In this document: positions 50,001 through 61,566 of the stretch, piece by piece
Layout of the letters: every line of letters starts with the position of its first letter
Numbering within the stretch: the first letter of the stretch is position 1
Origin: Yuukianura sp. NJ FZ-2021
Lineage: Eukaryota
NCBI GenBank assembly: GCA_046563655.1
Contig: CM102283.1
Coordinates: forward strand, 5,456,001 to 5,520,000
Reading direction: 5' to 3'
DNA length: 64,000 nucleotides
Program-made: the position numbers and the translations under genes
The notes under the pieces: generated by a model
What the model was told of the DNA's origin: nothing
The model's database searches: none
What the model saw: the letters and a program-made list of their open reading frames with translations, nothing else

Positions 50001-53000
50001 TAAATCCGGTGTATAAAATTGTTCTGGATGCTTCACCACCGAGTGAATCACTCCAATCCATGGATTGCCAACTAAGATCTCCGGAGTATCAGCAAAGGCT
50101 TGTTCAACTGCTGGAATGAACACGGTAGATGCGCAGTCATCGTGGAACTCTCTGCGCAGAAGTGCAATCGATTCTTCAAAGGCATTGTTATGATGGTGTG
50201 TCCACCCAGGCGGATTTTCAAACTTCAATTTCTTGGTGGGAGACAAATCCAATATGGCGGGAATGTTACAAATTTTCTCACTTTGCCCCGAACCGACATA
50301 CAGAAATCCCTTAGCAATTGTTATTGGCTTTCCAATTGTCTTCAGTTCCCACGCATGCGCCGTAAAAAATGGAATTGAAGATCGGTTCAGTCCGTTGAAC
50401 ACCAAAATAGTTTTGCCGGGTTTCAAAGTTGGTTGAATAAGGTTCCAGATTTGTTCCAATTCTTCTCCGTCTTGTGTAATATCAACGAAAACCAAGTCTG
50501 GTTGAGTTTGTTTCAATTTTGGCGGCAATTCTTCAAGTTCGTATTCCCATTCAACGGGAACAATATTGTCAGAATAGCTTTCCGTAAACTGATTGAATTT
50601 ACGCAGAAAGGATTTGCCAACGCCCATTCTCCCTTCGGCGTAAATGAAGTCGTCCATCCACTTTTGCCATTTGAAGGCATCACAAGCATAAATTGTACTT
50701 GAAATTCCTACAGATTTTGCAGCAATGGCCAATCGCACCGTGGCATGGCCCAACCAGCATCCAATTTCCCATACAATCTCAGGACGTTTTGTTTTCATCA
50801 GCCAAGTCAAAAATTGTAAAGTTTCGACATCCGTTGTAGTGGGAATTCTGAAAGCATTTCGATATTCTTCTGCATCCAAATCCTCCAGTATCCATGGTCT
50901 CTTGGTGTCCTCAAAATCGTTTTGTGTTTTGAAATAATTCAAAAATGGCGCCCAATATTCCTGAAGTTCCATTCTAGATTCCGTGTTTGAAAGTTCTGAC
51001 AAGCACAAATTGCACTCTTCTGTCAGCATTTCCATGGCGTCCCACCGTTCATGGAGCAAACTTTCTTGTAATTTGAGCCCAACGGAAGCAATTCGGCTGA
51101 ACAAATGGCCTCGGGCGGAGGCAAAACCATCGGAACTCTTCAACATCAATTCAAAAGTTCCCGGTTTTATGAAAGGTTGATGTGGCGCTTGAATTTGCAG
51201 TGGCGGGAGATTCAAAATTTTGCCAGACGGGTTAAAGTATTCTCGAATTACTGAAACGATGTAGTCCAAATCATCTTTGCAGAGACTCGTGTATGTTGGA
51301 AGGTAAAATCCAGTGGTTCCGAATTTTTCTGAATTCGGTAACCTGATACTTGTGGAACCATTTGAGTTGTAGGCTGGTTGCAAATGAAGCGGGAAAAAGT
51401 AGTCGCGTGTTTCAATTCCATGTTGGGCCAAAAAGGCGCGAAGATTTGTGCGTTCAGATTTAGATTCACATTCGACTCCAAATACCCACGGAGTGTCGTG
51501 GGCACCGCAAGGGGGCATTAGCTTCAGTTGTGAAATTCCGGCCAAAAGTTTTCTGTATTCCGTAGCGAGAAAGGCGCGATGATTCAAAATGTGTTCCATG
51601 TCGTCTAAGCATCCACAAGCAACTGCTGCTCCAAGTCCATTGATTTTGGCGTTCATGGCGACTTCAAAATGGACGAAATGAAATGACGGCGTGAATCCGT
51701 GATTGGCCAAACTCGAAATTCTGGAAGCCACGGCCGGGTCTTTGGCCAACACAAATCCTCCATCTCCTGCATGAATCATTTTGTTTGCATAGAGACTTGC
51801 GCAGGCGTAGTGTCCAAACATCCCAAGATACTTTTCTGTGCCCGCCGAAATTTGAATTTTGATTCCAACACATTCGCTTACATCTTCAATCAGAATCCAT
51901 CCGTTGGCATTACACTGGCTTTCGATTTCTAGCAAATCTTTTGTAGGAACAGGAACACCGTAAGTGTGTGCTACAATAATAGCTCGAGTCCTCTGCGTGA
52001 CACATTTTTGAATTTCGGTCCATCCTGGATTGTAATTGGCTGAACTCGAATCCGCAAAAACCGGAGTTGCACCAATGAACTTGCAAGCATTCGGTACTGC
52101 AACCATCGTTAAGCTTGGAACGATAACTTCGTCCCCTGGACCAATCCGAGCAGTTTGTAAAGCAAGGACTAAGGCAGTAAATCCATTTGAACAAGCAAGG
52201 GCCACAGGAACTTCGAAAACTTTTTTCAATTTTTCGCTCATTTCCGTAGGCCAGGAAGTTGCTGACGAAATTTTGCCAGTTTCGAGGGCATTGTAAACGT
52301 TGTCTTTGATTTTAGTTGACATGTAGGGCATAGCAACTCTGTAGCGCCATCCAGTATAGGGCGCCGGTGGCTCTCTGTCGGGAATCATCGGAAGTATGTC
52401 TTCAGCCACTTTCAGTTGGGATTCTGATTCCAAGCGTTTCAAAATTTCAGAAACGTCCAATTTCAGATTTTGAATTTTGGGAGGAAGGTCGGTCCAATTT
52501 GAAATTTTTTGTTCCAGGGGAAACGGGTTTTGTTTTTGAGCGAAAGATTTTAGGGTGTGGCCAATCGGATTGCAAGAAAGAGCTGCCAAAATGGAGTTGC
52601 AAGTTTGAGCTCGATCTGCAACTAGGTTTTCGTAAGTGACAAAAATCGGAACCATTTGAACAGGCCACTCTTGTCCAATTTTGATCCAGTCTCGAACGAT
52701 GTCATCGTATTCCTTTTGAATTAAAGCAGCGGAGAGATGAACTTGGTGACATTCCTGTCCAACTTTATCAGTAAACCAAATTTTAGTTTTCATGGCAATG
52801 TATTTTGAAACAATGGCTTCCAGAACTTGGGCTCTCCAGAGGACAATGACGTGAGTAATTCCGAGACTCTCCGCAAGAGTATTGAAACTGAGTCCTCTTC
52901 CATAGATTTGTTCTGGAAATACTTTGAAACCGATTTTCTGTGCTTTTAGCTTGGAACTGAGCATTTCGGACCGGATGAAATCCAGTGGAGGCAGTCCATC

Positions 53001-53123
53001 CGGAATGTCATTTTCGTCGTTCAAGAGTTCGCAGAACATGTAAATGTCTGGATGCGAGTTGAGGAGATTCGCAAGCAAAGTGGATCCAGTCCTGGGATTG
53101 GCCAGAATCAAGAACCGACTCAT
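47034..53123 (-). CDS. Giant six-domain glycan-modifying enzyme: sulfotransferase, DegT/perosamine-synthase-type aminotransferase, SAM methyltransferase, GT-B (GT4-like), GT2, GH5 (3 coding exons, ~1950 aa, contains an N gap)
   Basis: Motifs in order: PRTGSTLL (PAPS loop); SNGFTAL, IEDVSE, SLYANKMIHAGDGG (PLP Lys); VWEIGCWLGHAT, DLVFVD; SVVFL..AANTIILECIDRNVPIVV..EYIGEQYPL; ISICCYKR, ICDDDVIP, VDDYW; GYDIINEP, SFHFY, VGEFG. Exons 53123-48478, 48392-47767 and 47620-47034 are joined in frame by GT-AG introns. Confidence 0.82.
49091..49190. other. Assembly gap (100 N) with diverged duplicated flanks
   Basis: Run of N; both flanks encode the GT2 start (DVTISICCYKRTHHLASILNSLWDHQ versus DLTISICCYKRTHHLAKILNALWNNQ). 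Confidence 0.95.
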
Positions 53124-53363
53124 CTAGTTTCAAAAAAAAATATTTAATGGAAAATTTGGCTTAACAGAATTAGAAATTTGTTAAAAATTTACTTTTTCGC
53201 AGTAGTAGTTTGAGTGCGGAAACACTTTTGTCCGGAAATCAAACTTGAAACTTCGAATAGATCTGAGTCTTAGAAAGTTTTCAGTTTTTAGACAGCCTGG
53301 TAAAATAAGTTTAAAATTAATTCAAAATTTTAAAAACTTAAACAACGAGGCACTTACTTGTTA

Positions 53364-53398
53364 AACTGAAGTGCACTCAGGAACAAAGTTATTATATA
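53364..53398 (-). promoter_or_regulatory. Candidate Pol II core promoter of the giant enzyme gene (TATA plus arthropod initiator)
   Basis: TATATAA at 53398-53392 is 31 nt upstream of the A of TCAGTT (53369-53364). Candidate 5'-UTR introns 53357-53297 and 53192-53124 follow, the last ending in AG directly before the ATG. Confidence 0.65.
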
Positions 53399-55602
53399 AG
53401 CATGTCCTCTGGACGCTAAAGTCGTTCCAAGAATTTATCGCTGTGACAAATGTAGAGTCGAGGGTACTTACAGCGAAGTCAGTGACGACTGACGCTAAAT
53501 CTGGAAAAACAATTTGTTTTTATAAGGTTTTGTAATCAAATGCACACTAATCACAATTTTCATATTTGTCAACTGCATAAAACCCATCTGAGTTTAATCG
53601 CTAATCACAAACTGGAATGCAAAAATTGTGCTAAAACGGACTAGGTGAATGAAAAAAAACTCCTTAAAAATTCGATTTTTTCACATTTAAGTCATATAAC
53701 CTTTTATTTTGACTCTTACTTTTTGCTACTTTTCTGAACTTTGTGCACTAAAATTAAAAAGCTTCTGAAAGTTTTCCAGAACGTTTGATGATAAGTGTTC
53801 AATGAAGAATAAGTTTGACGACTGTAGCTTTCTGGGAAGCGGCGGCGAGGTTACATATGCTTCATCGCCTCATTGGGTGATGGTGAATGTTGAAGTATTG
53901 TTTTCTGGACCAATTGGAGCCAGTCTTTACGGAGGTCATTCGAAGTGCTTTATTGCGACTGCGCAAGGTACTCGTCGAAAGACTTTGGTAATCGAAAGAT
54001 CTCCGCTTCATTGTAACTTTTTCTTGAATTGTACTATGTACTTGTAGACTCAGCAAATCTTGAAATCTTAGAGATTCTAACACTCTTATGACGATGTACG
54101 TGCTGAAAGCCTAACTTCCCGCTACAGTCACCATCCATTTGAACCCCTCCCACCATTTCCTCCTGCACATAATCAAAAATTGGCAACACGAAAGACAAAA
54201 TGTATTTTTGAATCATCCAGTATAATTAAAAAAAGTGTTTTAGTTGTTCTACACTGAAAAAAAAATGATAAAAATGGAAAATTGTAGTTTTCCAAAAACA
54301 AAGAATCAGCGACGACGCATGCGCTTCTAGTGAAGCGTCTTTTTTAGTTGCTAAAGACTATTTTGACTTTTGTGAATTCTCGCTAAAAATGTTAATCACT
54401 ATGTAATTTATCTCAGATTTCATAGGAAACCAAAAAAAAACGGTTAACATATTTTGTTTCGCTTCCAATTAAAAAACAAAAACATCAATTTACGTAATTG
54501 CGAATTTCGCAGAAAATCTGAAACATTGTTTGGGTTTTACAATTTCCAGTTGATAAACAACGTAGACCTAATTCCGGACTTCGCAGAAGCGGAAGGCGTT
54601 TAGTCAACGCAGTTCAGATTACAGGCAGATCCCAAAATTAGCACATAACCTATCCTAGCTAACGCTTGAAATAGCGGAAAGAAACTGAACAAATAGAGTA
54701 CAATATAGATTTGTGCAAAATAGGCATTTAATTTGTATGGTTTCACGTGACAGACGTATATCAACAAAAACATACTCCTACTTAAAAATTATAATTAGTT
54801 ATTTAGTTCGCAGTAACCACTTCGTTTTTAGGTGGTTCCTCACGTTATCACGTACAGTTCATTCCATAGAACAATTCATTTGCAGAATTGTGATTCGTCA
54901 TCTTATGGATGATCTGACATCATCATAATGTTTTAAACCAAAGATTATGATTTTTTAAATACAACTTCAAAATTCTTACAACTTACATCGTAAAAAACTC
55001 TAAACCAAAAGCTACCAACACGGTGAGGAGTAAAGCACTGTGTTTGGATTAACGTTAACTGTGTTTAATTACTTTTGATGGATAATACTCCCGGACCAAC
55101 GCATGCACCATGAAAATGACGCATATAAAACCAATTCTTTTATTTTAAAATTTTACTTGAACAGCTAATAACTCAGGGACTGACACATTGTCAACCGATC
55201 AAGTCCCCGGAGACAATGGAGCGCGTCAAGATTATGCGTGGTTAGGTAATGAAATGAAACATGTCTTAGGATTAATGGATTAAAACTCCGAATCAGACAT
55301 CGCTAAAAAAATTAGTGAAGCCGCTTTCTCAAAACGATAAGCAACGTGGAAGGCCACAACGCAATATCGGAAACCCCTTAATCCAATATATTGCAATCAA
55401 AAGCCGGCAATTGAAAAACGAATGGCTTAACTGAACCAAAGATATTTTACAATTCCGCCGATTCTGCGGATAAGTCACACCTAAGTTTACGCCTCTCGGT
55501 GTCACTTTTGGCAGATAGCGGGTCATCTTGGATATGATAACCTCTTTAGGTTTTTGAGTGGCCTCTTTCGTAATCAATACACTTAAAAAGTATTAGCTCG
55601 CA

Positions 55603-56133
55603 ATGAACTCCCACTCCTGGGACACTTCAGTTAACTCCGACTCAATTAGTTACTGCTTCGACGATAATTTCAGTCCAATTGTCCAGGAGAAGAAAGCTGA
55701 ATCAGGATTTGCAAAACTCCCGGATTCCGACCAGTATTTGGCAATTCTAGGTAATTATAATAACTGAATGAAAGTTAATTGAAAACTGTACGGAAAGTAA
55801 CTTAACTTTAAATCGTTGTTCGATATTTAAATTGTGCTTATTTTTCTCTTCACAGAGAGGAAGCTGAAGAAAGTTGAGCGAAGTTCATCGCAGAAACAAG
55901 ACCTCGCCAAGGACATTTTGAAGTCGTTAGAAGAGAGTCGGAAGTCGTGCATGCTGAATTTTCTATCGTCAGAAAGTTCTGTCCAGGAGTCAACATCGCA
56001 TGAGCTCAAAATCAACCCGATTCTTAACAAGATCAATCCAGAGAAGCAGGCACTTGAAGCAGAAGAGCTTGTCCAGTTAGTAAAAGCAGATCAGCTGGAC
56101 CTGGAGTCCGTAGAAGAACTACAAGAACAATAG
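55603..56133 (+). CDS. CCDC32: Coiled-coil domain-containing protein 32 (2 exons)
   Basis: LPDSDQYLAIL|ERKLKKV...KDILKSLEESRKSCMLNFL...PEKQALEAEELVQL; phase-1 intron 55751-55855. Confidence 0.75.
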
Positions 56134-56180
56134 AATTGAAGGGGATACAACTTTACGAAGTTCGTTTATTTTTTTCAACA

Positions 56181-56987
56181 ATGTCGTTTTGGAATCAACG
56201 AGCATTCTGTTTAGTTACTGGAGCGTCACGTGGAATCGGGAAATGTATTGCAGTAGAATTCGCCAAAAAAGTTAAATCTGGATCCGTCTTCTTGACGATT
56301 GCTCGGTCAGAGAAGGCCCTAGAAGAAACCAAGTTAGAAATGCTACGTACTGGAGCCAAAGACATTCATGTCGTCACCGGTGCTCTTGACCTGGGCAAAC
56401 CGAATCCAGCCGAATACCTCACCCTTATCAACTCTGCTATTACTTCAGCTAATGCCAAAGTGGCAGACTTCGACCATGCCATACTGGTTCACAACGCCGG
56501 TTCCCTCGGAAACATTAGCATTCGGGCCATTGACGTAGAAAATTTACAAGAACTTCGAGACTTCTACGAATTCAATTTGTTCTCAATGATTCTCCTGTCT
56601 ACCCAATTCTTCAAGGTCTTCCACAATTCAAAAAAGCAGCGCAGCATTGTTCAAATTTCGTCTGGAGGGGCTGTTGAACCTTTCAAAACTTGGAGTATGT
56701 ACTGTGCTGCGAAAGCAGCTAGAGACATGTTCATCCGCAGTATCGTCCTTGAAGAGCCGTCGATTTCTGGCATAAGTTACGCTCCGGGACTTGTTGACAC
56801 GGACATCTACACTGAAGCTGAAGCGAATACTGGAGACAACTCGCTTGCCGAGTTTTTTCAAACGGCAAAAGCATCAGGCCAGGTTCGCACTCCTGTTCAA
56901 ACTGTTTCGAAATTAATTCAAGTTTTGGCGGACAAAACTTATGTTAAGGGCGAGCATGTGTGCTACGAGGACATTCCAGACAAGTGA
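56181..56987 (+). CDS. SPR: Sepiapterin reductase (SDR family), intronless
   Basis: TGASRGIG, LVHNAGSLG, W..YCAAKAARDMF and SYAPGLVDTD. AATAAA at ~57044. Confidence 0.85.
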   Translation: MSFWNQRAFCLVTGASRGIGKCIAVEFAKKVKSGSVFLTIARSEKALEETKLEMLRTGAKDIHVVTGALDLGKPNPAEYLTLINSAITSANAKVADFDHAILVHNAGSLGNISIRAIDVENLQELRDFYEFNLFSMILLSTQFFKVFHNSKKQRSIVQISSGGAVEPFKTWSMYCAAKAARDMFIRSIVLEEPSISGISYAPGLVDTDIYTEAEANTGDNSLAEFFQTAKASGQVRTPVQTVSKLIQVLADKTYVKGEHVCYEDIPDK

Positions 56988-57344
56988 CTTAACTAGCCAT
57001 ACAAATTGTCCAGGAAGAAAACTTTCCTAAGCTTCTACCTCGGAATAAATCCATACTGAACTAATTTTGCATGCTCAGCATTATCCTCGTTAATTTAAGT
57101 AATTAGTTAATTAAATTCTGGCGTTGATTACCATCTACGCACGATGCACGAAGCAGTCAAAATAAAACAGGAACAAGGTTTAATAGTCAGGTTTTTCGTT
57201 TCTCCTAGCCTCCACTTGTAGCCTCTTCTATTTAGTAATGTAGTAGGTTAAACATAATATATTACAGAGTAATATATGAATATTACATTGTAATATTCAG
57301 CCTGAAGTCTGATAAATGCGTTAGTACTTGGAATATATAACTTT

Positions 57345-60300
57345 TCAACTATCACTAGCATGCTTCACATACCTTGGCGGAATTATAGAATTTGGATAAG
57401 CAAATGAGGTCGCATCTCTAGAAACCCCGTACTTGGGGCTCGGAGTAACTCTTTGACATGGAACTTTCTCTGTATAAGGTCGCTCCAACATTGCATCTAA
57501 CCCTGAAAAACTCTCAGCCAATGAATTTACTTCGTACCAGGCGACAAGTTCTACGACACTTTTGAAGTATCGAGATTCCGAAAGGTAGAAGAGTGTTTCG
57601 TCGCTGCTCATCATGATTTTCATGTGCTTCACCTGATCTTTCCATCTGTGAAGGAATTATCAACAGTCAATTAGGATTTGGAGTAAATTAACTAAACTAG
57701 ATAGTACTTCACAATGGCCTTACTTCAGCGAGAGAGCGTATGCACCATCCACAAAGTTCACAGAGTTCACACTCTGGAGAGATCCACGTCCGCTCGTCAC
57801 AAGCGGCCGCAGTCGAACCAGAAATGTTCCATTAGCTTCCTTTTCCAGAATGTTTTGAGCCGCCTCCCGCTCCATTTCTCCAGCAAACCAGGGGTAGGTT
57901 TCAAGTTGGTTGAGGTTAACGTAGTGCTGAGCGGGAAATCTCATTCCATTGGCCGTTGAAGGAGAATTTAAATTATTTAAAGGAAGGTTGGCAGGAAGTG
58001 GAGAGGGTGGACCACGAGGACTCACGTCGTTCATGCTCAATGTAGGGCTCTGGCAAATTCAAAAACAAACCAATTAAATTTTTATGAAACATTAACTTCC
58101 GAATCAGAAACTAAAAATTCCACCAAGTACTCACCAGTAGTCCACAAGAGTCTTGTGACAAAAATGAAATGGGGAGAACAGGACGTGGCGGAAGTTCTGG
58201 AGGTTGTGCCTGAATCGCTCCACAACGCCGCAACTGAGGAATGCATTGACGATGAACCGATGAAGAGCACCGGACACACTTATAGCCTTGATAAAACAGT
58301 CCTTTCATCAATCGACGACATGGTCCACATGAATCACCTCGAGCAAACGTCTGCATCACCAAAACATGTTCCGTTAGCCGACTCTCTCGGGGCTGGATAT
58401 TGTCGCTGAAATTATAACAAAACATAAGAGGTTTTTTAAAAACAAAATTTTGACAGTTTCTCAATTCATTTTTACTCACAGTGCGTCGTCAATAGCCTTT
58501 ATCCAGCGCCTTTTCTGTTCTTCAGTGGAGGCATAGATAGTATAGACATTCTTTTCCTTGTGATGCACCAAATTGAATCCAAAAGACCAGCGAGACTCCT
58601 TGCCACCCTTCTTCGAAGTACCAACCGGAGGCATGTCCTCGACTCGGTACTCTTGGAGACACAGGGAATGTTTGTAGCTGTACTGCTCCACCTACCGAAA
58701 AATCAATAGAATTGAAATTATTAAACACAGTTTTTACCCAAGTTTATAACAGTTTGAACACTCAAAGCATGCCTAACTAAGCAGGCTACCCGCTAAAACG
58801 TTCAGGTTCAAAAAAAAATTGAACTGCAAAAACAGCAACAACACAAAATGGATTGATTCAGTTTTACCCACCCGCAGAAGTTTATCCACCATCTTCCCGA
58901 AACAGGCAAGGAGTAATTAATAATTGTACACATTAAGAATAGCCAATTCACTTTTTTACATTACATATAAGTGAAGTCTCACCCTGGTTGATTTGCAGAA
59001 TATCATGACCTTGTCAAAAACAAAAACGTAACGAGATTTGAGACGATTGTCATCATGACCACGAATGCGCAACTCCCCGTCCCTTTGAAGTCGGCCGTAG
59101 TCCTTGAGCTCCATTCCTTCTGGCATCTTTAGATCGTAAATACTGGCCTGAAAGTAGTGAAATCAGCATAAACGATCTGCCCCTCGTTACGAAAAATTTG
59201 AAAATGTTGGTTACCTCACCGTGTATTCACAACCCCAACGAGCGAGACGAGTTTCCATAAGGTTTTGTGTTAACTTATTTCGCTCTTTTGGGTTTTTGGA
59301 TACACTATGAGCTTAGTGACCTTAGACGTACCTCAATCTGGCGAATTATGGACAACGTTTCGCTGTCTCTCTTCACTTCGTTTGTGAACTCAGCAATGTC
59401 ATTCATGCACGCGTGGGCCTTTTCAATTGATTCATATTCGTCGTAACCGTGGACTTCCTGTGAAGTTTCATCCAGGAGTTTCTTAAGTAATAGGTGGTAC
59501 TTTAGCACTCTTTGCATTGGCACTGACAATAGGTCACGTAGTTTAAACCGGCCTCCATTGGCCTCTTTTTCACATTTCTGCAATTCAAACACAATATTTT
59601 CAATTAGTACGGCTAATTTTTTTTCCCTGGCTATGTTTCTCATTCCTTACATATATTTCCTGCCCGAGACATTCGTTTTTGGCTGCCAGTTCTTCGGTCA
59701 GGTTTTGAGCTCTCGTGAGGTTTGCACAATAATCTCCGTAAATTGCCAACTTCTCCTTCCAGCTTGAAAAAACGTCCCCCAGCGTTCGGCTTGACTGCGG
59801 TAGTGAGTACGAGAAGTGAGTGGATGAAGGTGGGTTCGATGTCAGGACACGACTCAAATCGCTTAAGAATCCCGTGTGTATCTCGTTCAATTCCTAAAAC
59901 ACATCGATATCGTAAGGGTAAGTACAGTGAGTATGTTATCGTTAAAAAATTCGTACTGACTTTGATTCCAAAGAAAATTGTGCAGTGATCTTCCTCTTTG
60001 AGAAAACTGGAGAGCGGCTTCATGAACTTTCGTTTGAGCATCTGTAGAGCCTCGACGTAATTTGTTTCAGTTTCCAGCAACTCTTCCTTAACGTAATCCC
60101 GTTTTTCGCGCAGTGTTACAGGAGGCTAGAAATATCATCAAATGTTAACGTAACTTACGTAGATGAAAATATCAAACAAGCAAAAGCAAGTTGCACAAAA
60201 AAATTTTAGAAGCGCCGGAAAGGTCTGAACTAAATTGTAAAGATTAATTATTGACATTTAAAGCCTCCACCTAAATACATGTGCGTAATATTGCTGTAGA

Positions 60301-61566
60301 GAATTAGTACTCGTTTTGGTTGCCTGTCCAGGTAGCACAGATCTTGGTAAATCTCCTCTGCTTCTACCACCACGACGGAATAATAATCGTCTTCTGCAAT
60401 TGTAGAGCTAAGCAAAAGGAAGAAATCCTGTCCCATGAAATGCGTTTTCATGCCGTTAAATCTTAGAAATGCCATGACTCAAGTCCGGGTCATGACGGAA
60501 CTTAGATACAGATTTGTTTCAAGTTTTTGTTTTTGGGGTAATATTTGCAATACTTCATGCGATCGAGACGACACATCACAAATAGTAACACAAAGCGAAG
60601 GTTTAAATACGATCCACAAGGATAGTATAACGTCATCACATGCTGCAACAGCTTAAGAAGAAAAATTAATTAAAAATTGACGTTTAATTATCACACCTTG
60701 TGAATACGGAACGTTATATAGCATAATTCTTCGTAAACTTCCTCATTCTCTTGCGCTCGAGAGGGTAAGAGAATGGAGGGTGTGCTCGGTTCGCTGGAAA
60801 TAGAAGATAGTTTATGTTCTTAACGAAGAAATATTCAATTTCTATTGCGGTCGAGATTCACCTTCCGAGATCTTCCATGGTCAGGTCATCGTCCAGCGGC
60901 GGACCATTGTCGGTAATTTGTCTCATAGAAAATCCTCTACATCCCATAAAAATTATGTTTAAACGTTAAAGATTCCTCCATGAACTGGAATAGGTAGTCT
61001 AACTTACGAAATTCCACAAGTAGCTTTGGCAGAAAGTGACAGTACTGACAACGTCTTGATGACCTTTTGAAAATCTGACAGATCAAATAGGGTCGACGGC
61101 TGGAATAGATCCGAATCCTTGATGTCATATTGTGATTTGCAGACTTGGAGGAATGTACGGATGTTGCGAAGGCAGAGAAACTGCAAAACCGAATTTATAT
61201 CTGTAATTGCTTTGTTAAGATAACTTATCCTTAATTCATGTAATTTTCTTCTGGGATTTTTACCTGAGCCATTTGTGGACGTTGATTGATGTCTTTGAGA
61301 TCAAGAGAATTCGGTTGTAGTAAATTGAGGAGCCGACACAGTTGAACTCCATCACGCAAAGTATAGGCCAGGTCACGTATAGTGGCAGTAGGCCAGTTCG
61401 CACGATGATCAGACGACAGGAGGCCTACCCTTTAGTAATCAAAGAAAACGGTTGAATTCAGTGAATTGGTTTGGAACAGAAATCAGTATTTTTTAACCGA
61501 TTAATCTATTCACCTGGTAAGCCAACTGCTACATTCCCTCCAATTTTCATCGTTGGAGGATGCCAT
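57345..61566 (-). CDS. Vav: Vav-family Rho GEF (CH, acidic, DH, PH, C1, SH2; no C-terminal SH3 seen)
   Basis: WRECSSWL...[16 protein letters not shown]...[13 protein letters not shown] (CH); [34 protein letters not shown] (DH); GRLQRDGEL (PH); C1 finger; [15 protein letters not shown] (SH2). Confidence 0.92.

Noticed and set aside
48603-52668. Numerous short alternate-frame and antisense ORFs over the megaenzyme, and similarly over the AJM1-like, ZNF and Vav genes
   Set aside because: Shadow ORFs of real coding sequence with no motifs of their own.
46186-53123. Bacterial contaminant operon
   Set aside because: In-frame GT-AG introns, a TATA/initiator promoter and gap-free sequence continuity with animal genes on each side argue for integration; read-level confirmation is still needed.
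54100-54170. RKWWEG peptide on - strand as the missing Vav SH3 exon
   Set aside because: It lacks the following G.FP..YV motif, hits a stop after a few codons, and no upstream SH3 half was found.
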